NCBI GenBank assembly: GCA_025054695.1
Contig: JANWZI010000005.1
Coordinates: 3,838 to 67,837 of the forward strand
Reading direction: 5' to 3'
Length of the DNA stretch: 64,000 nucleotides
Source of the DNA: Myxococcota bacterium
GTDB lineage: Bacteria; Myxococcota_A; Polyangia; Polyangiales; JANWZI01
Every line of letters starts with the position of its first letter. Position 1 is the first letter of the stretch. The position numbers and the translations under genes were made by a program. Shown here one piece after another: positions 38,753-47,776 of the stretch. The notes beneath the pieces were generated by a model, which had not been told where the DNA came from, searched no databases, and saw only the letters and a program-made list of their open reading frames with translations.

Positions 38753-41188
38753 ATGCTGGGGCGCGCCCGATCGCCGCACGAACGCCCAGCCCCGAGCGGC
38801 CGCGCGCACGTCATCGTGCCAGCGCTTTTCGTGACGAGCGCGATCGCAAGCTGCTCCGGAATCGGAGGGGCCGGGCCTCCAGGATCCGAGCCCGTCGCAG
38901 GCGGACGCGTGCCGAGCGTCGTGACGGCGGAGCCGTCGCGGACCGCCGCCACGGAGCAGGTCGCGGCGCCGATGGCGCAAACACGCGTCGCCGGCACGAC
39001 CGACGAACCGGCCGTTCCCCCGCGACCGGCGGCAGCAGCGCGACGCACGTACCTCGATCTGTCGGCTCGCCCGGAGCTGCTGGAAGCACGCTCGCACCAG
39101 GCGCTCGTGGTCGATTTCGGGGCGCCGGGTGCGCACCGTTACACGCTCGGCGGATGGCAGACCGGATGGTCGGGCGAGGTCGAGTGGGCGGAGACCCTCG
39201 TCGAGACCGTCGCGAGCGGACGCGCACGACTCTGGTTGCCCGCGACCGGAGACGAGCGCGAGCTCGTCCTGCGAATCGCCTCGGCGCGCCCGGGCAGGCT
39301 CCGCGTTCGGGTCAACGGACGCGAGCTGGGCTCGGCGGCACTGCGAGGCGGGGGCGAACTGCACGGCGTCGCGTTCCCTGTGCCGCCCGAAACGCTGCGA
39401 ACGGGCGACAACGAGGTGATTCTGGACGGGCCGCCCGCCGCGGTTCTGCAGGGAGTCGGGAGCGTCTCGATGCTCATCGACTGGCTGTGGCTCGGTACGT
39501 CGGGCGACCATGCCCCCGGACCTGGACCGCCGCCCGCTCTCGTCACGCCACGCGGGCTGACGCTCACGGACCAACTGCACGTCACATGGACGGTCGACCT
39601 GCCTCGACAGGCCTGGCTCGAAGGGGACCTCACCGGCCCCGCGCGCCTCGAGCTGTCCGCTCAGCGCGACGGAGAAGCGCCGGAGCGCGTGGGCACCGTG
39701 CAGGGAGAGGGATCGTTCGCGATCGACCTCGCGGCGTTCGGCGATCGGCTCGTGCGCCTCGCCCTGCACGCCGTCGCCGGCGATGCCTTCGTCTCGAGGT
39801 TGCGGATCACCGTTCCGACGACGGGCGGCGCTCGGCCCCCCGCACCGCGGCCGGACAACGTCCTCGTCTTCCTCATCGACACGCTCCGCGCCGACAAGCT
39901 GCGCGTCTACCGGCCCAGCTCCCGCGTGCAGACGCCCGGCCTCGATCGATTCGCGTCGGGCGCCAGCGTGATCAGCCGCGCGCGGGCGCCCGAGAACTGG
40001 ACCAAGCCGTCGGTCGCGACGCTGCTCTCCGGGCTGATGCCATGGCAGCACACGGCGACCGGTGGCGATTCGGTCGTGCCTTCCGCGGTTCGCTTGCTGC
40101 CGGAGATGCTGCGCGAGCGAGGCTTCACCACGGCGGCCTTCATCGCCAACGGGTACGTCTCCGACCGCTTCGGATTCGGCCGGGGCTGGAGCTTCTATCG
40201 CAACTACATCCGCGAGGGGCGGCGCTCGACGGCCGATCGGGTCGCGGCCGACGTGCTCGAGTGGCTCGACCGACGACCGCCCGATCGGCCGTTTTTCCTC
40301 TACGTGCACACCATCGATCCACACGTGCCGTACCGCCCCCCCGCTGCATTCGTGCAGATGTACGATCCGGAACCGTATCGCGGGCCGGTCGACTTCTCGC
40401 GCGACTCGCTGCTGCTCGAGAACATCAAGATCGGCCGATTGCGCCTGACCGAGCGTGACCGCGTGCGCCTCGAAGCGCTCTACGACGGCGAGATCAGCTT
40501 CCACGACGTCCACTTCGCCGCCATCGTCGACGGACTCGCGCAGCGCGGCCTGCTCGACCGCACGCTCGTCGTGATCACCGCCGACCACGGCGAGGAGTTC
40601 TGGGACCACGGCTCGGTGGGCCACGGCCACAGCGTGCACGAGGAGCTGCTGCGGGTGCCGCTCATCGTGCGGCTGCCGGGCGGGGTCGAGCACGTCGCGC
40701 GCGTGGAGGTGGACGCGAGCCTGGCCGACGTGCTGCCCACGATCCTCGACGCGCTCGGCGAACCCGTGCCGTCGTGGATGCCGGGCCGGTCGTTGCTACC
40801 GGAGCTGCGCGACCCGGATCGCTGGAGCCCGCGACCCCAGGTCGCCGGCTTCATGGACGGCTGGCGAGCGCTCGCCGAAGGGCGTTGGAAGCTCATCCAT
40901 CGCGGCGCGCACGGCGCCATGCTGTTCGATCTGCGCGCCGACCCCGGCGAGCGGCAGGACCTCGCGGGCAGCCATCCCATCGCCCTGCGGCACACGCGCG
41001 CACTGCTCGGCCTCGAGCTCGCGCGCACGCGACCGACTCGACGGGCGCGCACGGCCGGACGCAGTCCGAGCGGCGACCCGTCGCAGCCTCCTGCCGTCGA
41101 GCCCGAACGCACGACGATCGACCCGCAAACCGAGGCGCAGCTCCGAGCGCTCGGTTATGCAGGAGGCAACGTCGGCGGCGGACCGTGA
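38753..41188 (+). CDS. sulfatase-like hydrolase/transferase (alkaline-phosphatase superfamily) with ~350-aa N-terminal extra domain
   Basis: ATG 38753. Lipobox-like AIASCSG. NVLVFLIDTLRADKL. The nucleophile region NWTKPSVATLLSG has Thr where FGly sulfatases have Cys/Ser-x-P-x-R. ITADHGEEFWDHGSVGHGHS. Confidence 0.8.
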   Translation: MLGRARSPHERPAPSGRAHVIVPALFVTSAIASCSGIGGAGPPGSEPVAGGRVPSVVTAEPSRTAATEQVAAPMAQTRVAGTTDEPAVPPRPAAAARRTYLDLSARPELLEARSHQALVVDFGAPGAHRYTLGGWQTGWSGEVEWAETLVETVASGRARLWLPATGDERELVLRIASARPGRLRVRVNGRELGSAALRGGGELHGVAFPVPPETLRTGDNEVILDGPPAAVLQGVGSVSMLIDWLWLGTSGDHAPGPGPPPALVTPRGLTLTDQLHVTWTVDLPRQAWLEGDLTGPARLELSAQRDGEAPERVGTVQGEGSFAIDLAAFGDRLVRLALHAVAGDAFVSRLRITVPTTGGARPPAPRPDNVLVFLIDTLRADKLRVYRPSSRVQTPGLDRFASGASVISRARAPENWTKPSVATLLSGLMPWQHTATGGDSVVPSAVRLLPEMLRERGFTTAAFIANGYVSDRFGFGRGWSFYRNYIREGRRSTADRVAADVLEWLDRRPPDRPFFLYVHTIDPHVPYRPPAAFVQMYDPEPYRGPVDFSRDSLLLENIKIGRLRLTERDRVRLEALYDGEISFHDVHFAAIVDGLAQRGLLDRTLVVITADHGEEFWDHGSVGHGHSVHEELLRVPLIVRLPGGVEHVARVEVDASLADVLPTILDALGEPVPSWMPGRSLLPELRDPDRWSPRPQVAGFMDGWRALAEGRWKLIHRGAHGAMLFDLRADPGERQDLAGSHPIALRHTRALLGLELARTRPTRRARTAGRSPSGDPSQPPAVEPERTTIDPQTEAQLRALGYAGGNVGGGP

Positions 41189-41266
41189 AGACCCCGTCGA
41201 GCGACGGCGCGACCTTCGGTTTGCGTCGCCCCACGCAGGCGCTAGCCTGCGGCTCCCTCGTGACCT

Positions 41267-41340
41267 CGGGGCGTGGCGCAGCCTGGTAGCGCACCAGACT
41301 GGGGGTCTGGGGGCCGCTGGTTCAAATCCAGTCGCCCCGA
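41267..41340 (+). tRNA. tRNA-Pro (anticodon GGG)
   Basis: Hand-folded cloverleaf: acceptor CGGGGCG/CGCCCCG, D arm GCGC-AGCCTGGTA-GCGC, anticodon arm CCAGA-CTGGGGG-TCTGG, T arm GCTGG-TTCAAAT-CCAGT, discriminator A. CCA is not encoded. Confidence 0.9.
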
Positions 41341-41344
41341 CGAG

Positions 41345-41386
41345 GGGGAGCCACGGCGCCGCCGAGCGCCGGGGCTCCCGTTTGTC
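41345..41386 (+). terminator. candidate intrinsic terminator after tRNA-Pro
   Basis: Hairpin GGGAGCC-a-CGGCG ... CGCCG-g-GGCTCCC (41346-41379) followed by GTTTGT. The T-tract is weak. Confidence 0.45.
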
Positions 41387-41435
41387 CACGGTCTTGGGCC
41401 CTCCCAACGTAGCCGGTCCTCGCATGCACCACCGC

Positions 41436-41605
41436 GGACTCGGGCTCGGGCTCGGTCTCGCGCTCGGACTCTGACTCGGTCTCGGACTCGACTCGGGCTC
41501 GGCCTCGGTCTCCGACTCGGTCTCCGACGCGGTCTCGGACTCGGGCTCAGGCTCGGACTCCGGCTCGGTCTCGGGCTCGTACGTGCACCCCGAACCGCCC
41601 GTCAA
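41436..41605 (-). repeat. Period-6 array, copy R7, with deletion-variant head
   Basis: Minus strand reads ttg acg ggc ggt tcg ggg tgc acg tac gag ccc gag acc... The head lacks the central ~18 nt. TTG overlaps the mog stop (TTGA). A 1-nt indel inside the tail changes phase. Confidence 0.85.
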
Positions 41606-42138
41606 CCCGCGGGCCGGAACGCGCGGATCACGGACTCGTCGGTTTCGAGGCGCGGGCCGCCGATGAGGTCGATGCAGTACGGGACGGCGGGGAACACCGC
41701 GTCGAGGCACTCGCGAATCGCCGCCGGCTTGCCGGGAAGATTGATGATCAGCGAGCGGCCACGGATGCCCGCGGTCTGCCGCGACAGAATGGCGGTCGGG
41801 ACGCTCTGCAACGAGACGGCGCGCATGCGCTCGCCAAATCCGGGAAGCATGCGCTCGCAGACGGCTTCGGTGGCCTCCGGGGTCACGTCGCGTGGCGCGG
41901 GACCGGTTCCACCCGTCGTCACGACGAGACAGCAGCCCTCCACGTCGCACAACTGCACGAGGGCACGTTCGATCGCGTCGCGCTCGTCGGGAACGAGGCG
42001 GTAGACCTCCCGCCACGGCGTGCGAAGGTACGCGCGCAGCGTCTCGGCGATCGCGCGTCCGCTGCGGTCCTCGTAGACGCCCGCGGTGGCGCGATCGGAC
42101 GCGGTCAGAATCCCGATGGGAACCGGGGTGCCGGACAC
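41602..42138 (-). CDS. mog: molybdopterin adenylyltransferase Mog
   Basis: GILTASDR, VVTTGGTGPAPRDVTPEA, INLPGKPAAIRECL. Confidence 0.88.
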   Translation of the reverse strand: MSGTPVPIGILTASDRATAGVYEDRSGRAIAETLRAYLRTPWREVYRLVPDERDAIERALVQLCDVEGCCLVVTTGGTGPAPRDVTPEATEAVCERMLPGFGERMRAVSLQSVPTAILSRQTAGIRGRSLIINLPGKPAAIRECLDAVFPAVPYCIDLIGGPRLETDESVIRAFRPAG

Positions 42139-43073
42139 GCGTGGCCCCTAGCACGCGCGCGCCCGCGAGGCGACGCGCGCCGGACGAGCACGAGAACGAG
42201 GGCAAGCCCCGCCACGGGAAGTGGCGGGTGGGAGCCCGGCGCGCGCCGAACCCCGGTGCTCGCGCACAGCGGCTCGAAGTACGCTCCCTGCACCGGGTCG
42301 AGGCACGTCGGCTCGGGGCTCGCGTCGAATCCGCCCGACGGATCGACCACGGCGAGCGCGAGGCAGACCGGCGAGACGGCCTCCGAGCGTTCGAGCAAGA
42401 CGGCCGCGACGAGCTCGGCGCCCCCGTATCCGCGGACACGCGCACGCGGTTCGGGCGCGAGCACCGTCGGCCCGCGCGTCAGGTACAAGAAGTACTCGAG
42501 ATCGGCGGCCGGCGCGTCGTCGTCGGCCGGCGAGAAGACGACGTCGAGCCGGTAGCCGCCGTCCGGAAGGCCACAACCCGTGTAAGGCGCCGACTCGACG
42601 ACGGCGAGATCGCCCACGCGGGGCTCCCGTGCGTCCTCGGCGATGCCGGTCTCGAACGTCCACGTTTGGGCGGTGTCGAGGAGAAAGGCCTGCGCGACGT
42701 GCCAGCGTGACGGCAGCAGCGGCACGACGGGAACGAAGAAGGCCGAATCGCCCACGAGCTGCACGCCGCCGACGAGCGGCGTGGCGCTCTCCCAGTCGCA
42801 CGGGGCGGCGGCGCAATGCCCCACGCGGAGGCGCCGGGCAGAGGCCGCGACGCGTGGATCGGCGAGCAAACCCGCCGGATAGCGCACGCGTATGGGCGCA
42901 TCGAGCCGCACCCCTCGCGACAGGCTGGCTGGCGCGACCTCGAGTTCCCACGAGGGCTCGGGACAAGGCTCCTGCGCGCTCGTGGGTCGAGCGGCGAGGA
43001 GCAGCACGGCGAGCAGGAGACCGCCCCCTCGAAGGCCGACCGCCGAAGCCGTGTCGCGCACGTGGCTTACCAT
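42105..43073 (-). CDS. secreted hypothetical protein with MYXO-CTERM-like sorting tail
   Basis: Signal LLLAVLLLAARPTSAQ. C-terminus CASTG...LPVAGLALVLVLVRRASPRG has Cys, a hydrophobic helix and a basic end. Confidence 0.6.
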   Translation of the reverse strand: MVSHVRDTASAVGLRGGGLLLAVLLLAARPTSAQEPCPEPSWELEVAPASLSRGVRLDAPIRVRYPAGLLADPRVAASARRLRVGHCAAAPCDWESATPLVGGVQLVGDSAFFVPVVPLLPSRWHVAQAFLLDTAQTWTFETGIAEDAREPRVGDLAVVESAPYTGCGLPDGGYRLDVVFSPADDDAPAADLEYFLYLTRGPTVLAPEPRARVRGYGGAELVAAVLLERSEAVSPVCLALAVVDPSGGFDASPEPTCLDPVQGAYFEPLCASTGVRRAPGSHPPLPVAGLALVLVLVRRASPRGRARARGHACPAPRFPSGF

Positions 43074-43109
43074 CGCCTTCCTAGCACGCGACGGTCCACG
43101 ACCGCAGCG

Positions 43110-43245
43110 TGCCGCGGGGCGCGGTTCTGCGAAGGAATGCGCTGACCGAGATGATGTTGACTCCGCCGCCGAGGCCGAGACCGAGGCCGAGACGAAGTCC
43201 CAATCCGAGCCCGAGCCCGAATCAAAGGCCGAGTCCCGGCCCTAG
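43110..43245 (+). repeat. Period-6 array, copy R8 (short, degenerate head; antisense to both neighbours)
   Basis: gcc gag gcc gag acc gag gcc gag acg aag tcc caa tcc gag ccc gag ccc gaa tca aag gcc gag tcc cgg ccc tag. Confidence 0.75.
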
Positions 43246-43289
43246 CATTGGCCCGAAACTCCGCTCGAGCGCGAGCCGGACTGCCGCGG

Positions 43290-44279
43290 TCAGGGCAGCG
43301 CGAACGTGAAGGGCAATGGCCGCGCGACGAGCACGTCACAGCGCGCGGCATCGAGCAGCCAGCACGCCACGCTCCCGACGAGCACGTGGGCGAGACCCGT
43401 GCGACCGTGGGTTCCGGCGACCAGGAGATCCGTACCCAGGCGTTCGGCGAGCGCGAGCACGACGGCCCTCGGGTCACCGCGGCGCAAGAAGGGCCTACAG
43501 CGGACACCGGCCGCGCGGTACGGGGCCAGCAGGCGTTCCATGCCTTCTTGGGCCGTCCGCTGGAAGCTTTCCCGCCACTGTGCCCGTTCGCGCTCCGACA
43601 TGGATGGAGCGACGAACCCCTCGAAGGGAACGTGATAGACGTGCACGACGTCGAGCGGAGGCCCGTCGCGCCCGACGGCCCGCAGGGCCAGATCGATCAC
43701 CGCCGGCGAGCCGTCTTCGAGATCGACCGCGACCAGCGGCTTGCGATACGCGTCGGTGACCGGGCGGGCCACGACCAGCACCGGCACGTCGCCCTTGCGG
43801 ACGACCCGCTGCGCCGTCGTGCCGATGAACAGATCGCGAACGCGCCGCTCGCCGTGTCGGCCGACGACGACGAGCTGGGCGCGCCGCCGACGCGCCGCGC
43901 GGATGAACTCGACGAACGGCTGCCCTTGACGCGGCCCGTCGACGACCAGATCCAGGCCACGCGCGCTGGCCTCCGCGCGAGCCCGCGCGGCGTGCTCCTC
44001 GAGGCGCTGGCGCGCGAGGGCCAACGCGTCCTTGCGCAGCCGCGCCGGCAGCGCGCCAGGCACCACGTGCAGCAGGTGGACGCGCGCCCCGTTCGTCAGT
44101 GGCAGCCGGAGCGCCCGTCGCAACGCGAGATCGGCGCCATGGCTGAAGTCCGTCGCCACCAGGATGCGACCGAACGGCGCTCCCGTCGTCTCGGTGCTCC
44201 TGCGGGCTTTTCGAGGCTTCGACACGGCCGCTCTCCGCTCCCTCGGCCCGTCCGCACGCGGGCCTTCGCTCGGGCGCAT
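43290..44279 (-). CDS. tandem universal stress protein (two UspA domains)
   Basis: ILVATDFS...VVVGRHGERRVRDLFIGTTAQRVVRKGDVPVLVV and LVAVDLE...LVAGTHGRTGLAHVLVGSVA. ATG 44279. Confidence 0.8.
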   Translation of the reverse strand: MRPSEGPRADGPRERRAAVSKPRKARRSTETTGAPFGRILVATDFSHGADLALRRALRLPLTNGARVHLLHVVPGALPARLRKDALALARQRLEEHAARARAEASARGLDLVVDGPRQGQPFVEFIRAARRRRAQLVVVGRHGERRVRDLFIGTTAQRVVRKGDVPVLVVARPVTDAYRKPLVAVDLEDGSPAVIDLALRAVGRDGPPLDVVHVYHVPFEGFVAPSMSERERAQWRESFQRTAQEGMERLLAPYRAAGVRCRPFLRRGDPRAVVLALAERLGTDLLVAGTHGRTGLAHVLVGSVACWLLDAARCDVLVARPLPFTFALP

Positions 44280-44316
44280 GTAGGCGCACCCGTTGCCGCT
44301 GGCAAGCTCTCCCCCC

Positions 44317-45009
44317 CTAACCGCGCTCCGAGCCCGACGGATCGCGACGCCGCTGCCGCGCCTCCGCACGCGCCCGTTCGAGCGCCGCGCGCACCACGTC
44401 CTCGATGTCGGCCTCCGTCACGCGTACCGTCGGCCGGCGAGGGGCGCGGACGGAGCGCGGCCTGGAGCGCCCTCGACGCCCCCACAGGTACCAAGGCAGT
44501 TTCCATGCACGCGCGCCGTCGAGGGGCGGAATCGGCAACAGATTGAACGCCGCGAGCCACAGGTTCCCTTCGACGAGCGCGTCGAGTAGATCTCGGCTCA
44601 TCGTCGCCGACGGCTCCGCGTGGGAACGGACGAGCGCCGCGATGCCGGCGAGCAATCCCTGGGCGAGCACGCCGCCCCACGCCACGATCGCGTCGTCGAG
44701 GTCACTGCGGCTCTCGTGGACGCAGACGCCCCCGTAGGCCTGCACCTCGACGGCCTCGACGCGAAGCCTGCGCAGACGCGCGAGGACGGCGTGGCCGAGC
44801 TCGTGGACGAGCACGACGAGCGGAAACGCGATCCAGGCGCCCGGAGCGAGCCGCAATCCAGAGACGAGCAGCGCCCCGAGCGGCGTCGTCCAGTGCACGC
44901 GCACCGGCGCCTGGCCGATGCGGCCCAGGACGAGCCAGCCCGCTTCCCAGCGCACGGCGATCAGTATCGACGATCCCGGCCGGCGCGCACGGTGGGCCGC
45001 GCGCTCCAT
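44317..45009 (-). CDS. M50/site-2-protease-family zinc metalloprotease-like membrane protein
   Basis: HELGH and NLLPIPPLDG motifs with hydrophobic helices. Confidence 0.7.
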   Translation of the reverse strand: MERAAHRARRPGSSILIAVRWEAGWLVLGRIGQAPVRVHWTTPLGALLVSGLRLAPGAWIAFPLVVLVHELGHAVLARLRRLRVEAVEVQAYGGVCVHESRSDLDDAIVAWGGVLAQGLLAGIAALVRSHAEPSATMSRDLLDALVEGNLWLAAFNLLPIPPLDGARAWKLPWYLWGRRGRSRPRSVRAPRRPTVRVTEADIEDVVRAALERARAEARQRRRDPSGSERG

Positions 45010-45025
45010 CGTCCCGCACGCCTCG

Positions 45026-46390
45026 TCAATCGGGCTGGAAGATCACGTTCTGCGTCGGATCGGTGTCGTAGAAGCGGGGTACCCGGTCGAACGTGATCGC
45101 GCCGAATGCATTGACGAGGACCGCGAACGCCGCCAGGCCCCAAAACCCCGAGCCGAAGCGCCGCCCGCCGAGGGCGAGCAACGCGAACAGGAGCGGCATG
45201 TAGTCGAGCGCGAACCGGTAGCCGAACTGGATCCAGCCGCTGTTCTGGTAGCACAGGTCGAGCAGGCACGTGGCGCCTGCCGCGAGCATCAGGCCGACGG
45301 CGGTCGCATCGACGCGGCGCGGCCACAGCACCCAGAGCAGATTGGGCGTCGTGAACCAGAGCGCCAGACCGTGCCGGCTGATGGTCAGATAGGGCGGGCG
45401 CGCCGACAGCCACGGAAGCGAGGAGGTGAAGACGGCGAGGTTCTTCGCGAGATAGTGGTAGTTGAACAGCCCCCAGCGCTCGATCCGATCGGCCCAGCGC
45501 ACCGACAAGAACCGGTGTCCGAACTCGAACGGATCGCCGAATCGCGCGTGGTTCATCGCCATCGCCACAGCCCCGATCACGAGGATCGGTACCGCGAAGG
45601 CGACGAGGGGCCGTAGCAGCGCCGCGGGACGAACCGCGCGCAGCCACACGGCGGCGCGCAGCAGCGGGGAGCGCCCCTCGGGCGGCGGCGGGCCGTTCTC
45701 GGCGCGCGCGACGCGGAGCGCCTCGACGAGGAAAAACAGAGCGAGCGGAAACGTCGAGGCGCGCGTCATGAACGCGAGGCCGAGCATCAGGCCCGCGAGC
45801 CACGGCCGGCGCGCGTCGAGCGCGAACAGCAGGTAGCCGACCACGAGCGGGACGCAGACGACGTGCGCCGCGAACCACACCGAGCCCTGCACCGCGCTGA
45901 AGAAGTAGACGGTGCCGAAGGCGAACAGCAGGCTGAGCCCGACGTTCTGCCACGTCGTGCGGCCGGAGCGACCGCGCTCCGAGAACGTGCGCAGCAGCAC
46001 GTACAGCAGCGCAGGCCCCAGGCCGGCGAGGATCGCCCAGACGAGCCGATCGGGCGTCTGAAGGTCGAACAGCGCCACCAGCGGCAGCAGCAGGACCGCC
46101 GGCAGCGGCGGGAACGAGACGTACCAGCGGTACCGCTCGGCGAGCTCGGGAGGGAACCGGTAGCGGCCCGCCGGGCACGGGCCGCGCGTCTGCGTGTCGA
46201 AACAGGCCCAGTCGTTGGTCCCGGGCGGCACGTTGCCCACGACGCCGAGCTGCCCGTGAAGGAAGCTGCGCGCGAGGTGAACGAAGTGATTGTCCTCGGT
46301 CGGAACGAGGACGCGGTCGCCGAGCAAGGCCACATAGACGCTCGCCGCCAGCGCGAAGATCGCCGCAGGCGCGCGCAACCGGGCCAGCAT
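45026..46390 (-). CDS. GT-C-type membrane glycosyltransferase-like protein (ArnT/PMT-like)
   Basis: ATG 46390. About 11 TM helices. First loop has acidic PTEDNHF. Assigned from overall architecture only. Confidence 0.5.
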   Translation of the reverse strand: MLARLRAPAAIFALAASVYVALLGDRVLVPTEDNHFVHLARSFLHGQLGVVGNVPPGTNDWACFDTQTRGPCPAGRYRFPPELAERYRWYVSFPPLPAVLLLPLVALFDLQTPDRLVWAILAGLGPALLYVLLRTFSERGRSGRTTWQNVGLSLLFAFGTVYFFSAVQGSVWFAAHVVCVPLVVGYLLFALDARRPWLAGLMLGLAFMTRASTFPLALFFLVEALRVARAENGPPPPEGRSPLLRAAVWLRAVRPAALLRPLVAFAVPILVIGAVAMAMNHARFGDPFEFGHRFLSVRWADRIERWGLFNYHYLAKNLAVFTSSLPWLSARPPYLTISRHGLALWFTTPNLLWVLWPRRVDATAVGLMLAAGATCLLDLCYQNSGWIQFGYRFALDYMPLLFALLALGGRRFGSGFWGLAAFAVLVNAFGAITFDRVPRFYDTDPTQNVIFQPD

Positions 46391-46455
46391 GGCCGGGCGA
46401 GGATATCCGGGGCGTGGGCCCGCGCCACGACTCGACGCGCGAGCGCGCCGCGGGC

Positions 46456-47478
46456 ATGATGGGCGCCGTGGGAGGCGCACGCGGCATCGCGTGGCTGCTC
46501 GGATTGTCGCTGCCGGGCGCCGTGGTACTCGTCACGCTCGCGTCGCCGACGGCCGCCCAATCGCCCGTCGAGACACCCGCGGCTTGCACAGTCCGCGGAA
46601 CGGTGAGCGTCGACGAGGCTCGGGTCGAGGTGCAGGGAAGCGCGCCGCTGCGGCTCGCGCTGCGGGAAGTGCGCGCGGAGGTCGTCCTGGAGCCGGGACG
46701 GCCGCCGCGCATCGCCGTGCTGGGGCCACTGCGCTTCGAAGCCTTGCCGAGAACTCCCCTCCCATGGCGGTTCACGCGCGGCGCGGACCTGGCCGGCGGC
46801 GTCCTGCACGTTTCGCCCGCGACGCGCATCGCTCGCGTCGAGGCGGGACCGGACGGCGTCCGAGCCGACGTCGAGCTCTCGCCGGCCCTGATCGCACGCG
46901 CCGTCGCCGTGCCGTGCGGGTTGCTCGCTCTCGGTGCGGTGGACGCGCCGACGCAACGCGAGGCCGTGGAAACCGGGCACCTGGTCCCACGCCGGCGCAC
47001 TCTCGCGTTGCGACCGCGTCCGACCGAGGCCCCGAGCGTCGAGCTCGAATTGCGGCAGGGTGCGCGTCTTGGGCTGCAGCCCGTCGGACGCGACGGCGGG
47101 TTCTCCCGGGTCTGGCGCACGTTCGAGAACGGCTCAGGCTTGTCGGGATGGGTCGACGATCGGGACGTGGTCGAGGCCCGCCGCCCGATGCCCGCCTCAC
47201 CCGTCGCGGCCGCTCCCGTGCGCCGGGCGCGCTGCGAGCCCGTCGAATTCGACCGGCCGACCCTGCCCGAGGGGACGACGGTCCACGTACGACCCGACGG
47301 ACCGGTCTGGGCGACCGTCGCGGCGGACGCCGCATTTGTGCTCGCGCCCCGACCCCGAGGCTGGAGCGCGATCCTGCACGCCGAGGGAATCGCGCCCGCT
47401 CCCCTCCAGCGCTGCCCACGCCCGTTCGCGACGGCCTTCATCCGAACGGCGAGCGAGCCGGAATCGAGCTCCCGCTGA
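46456..47478 (+). CDS. secreted hypothetical protein
   Basis: Signal IAWLLGLSLPGAVVLVTLASPTAAQ. Start ATG 46456 or 46414. No domain recognised. Confidence 0.55.
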   Translation: MMGAVGGARGIAWLLGLSLPGAVVLVTLASPTAAQSPVETPAACTVRGTVSVDEARVEVQGSAPLRLALREVRAEVVLEPGRPPRIAVLGPLRFEALPRTPLPWRFTRGADLAGGVLHVSPATRIARVEAGPDGVRADVELSPALIARAVAVPCGLLALGAVDAPTQREAVETGHLVPRRRTLALRPRPTEAPSVELELRQGARLGLQPVGRDGGFSRVWRTFENGSGLSGWVDDRDVVEARRPMPASPVAAAPVRRARCEPVEFDRPTLPEGTTVHVRPDGPVWATVAADAAFVLAPRPRGWSAILHAEGIAPAPLQRCPRPFATAFIRTASEPESSSR

Positions 47479-47507
47479 TCGCGGTCGTGCTTCGGCGCGA
47501 TCGCGTG

Positions 47508-47715
47508 TCCGAAACCGACCTCGAAGCCACCGCGTCGGAGTCCAAGGCCAAGACCGAGTATGACGGCGGCGGTCTCGTTGCTCGACGTGGCCGAGGGGTG
47601 CTGCGAGCCCGAGCCCGAGACTGAGCCCGAAGCCGAGACCGAGACCGAGACCGAGACCGAGTCCGAGTCCGAGACCCTGCCCAACCTCGAGAGCGAATCC
47701 GAGGCGGAACGATGA
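47508..47715 (+). repeat. Period-6 array, copy R9, best-preserved head plus complete 51-codon Glu-frame micro-ORF
   Basis: Short pre-tail at 47508-47558. Head at 47560-47607: atg acg gcg gcg gtc tcg ttg ctc gac gtg gcc gag ggg tgc tgc gag. Tail to 47700, TGA at 47713-47715. Peptide: MTAAVSLLDVAEGCCEPEPETEPEAETETETETESESETLPNLESESEAER. Confidence 0.9.
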
Positions 47716-47776
47716 CGCGGTGGGACGGCGCGCCCGTCGCGGCTTTGCGGTACAAGGGAATCGCGACGAGGTCGGC

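Noticed and set aside
41341-41605. tRNA-Pro 3' flank as an integration site for a genomic island or prophage.
   Set aside because: No integrase, no duplicated tRNA 3' end, and no foreign-looking genes are present. The flank holds only a hairpin and array R7, followed by housekeeping mog.
44961-47684. Very long ORFs (907 aa here; also 5967..7694, 35104..37536, 40796..42445, 58574..61498, and the N-terminal part of 6512..9007).
   Set aside because: Their translations are Arg/Pro/Ala-rich junk. They run antisense or out of frame across genes with clear motifs. This is the expected stop-codon scarcity of very GC-rich DNA.
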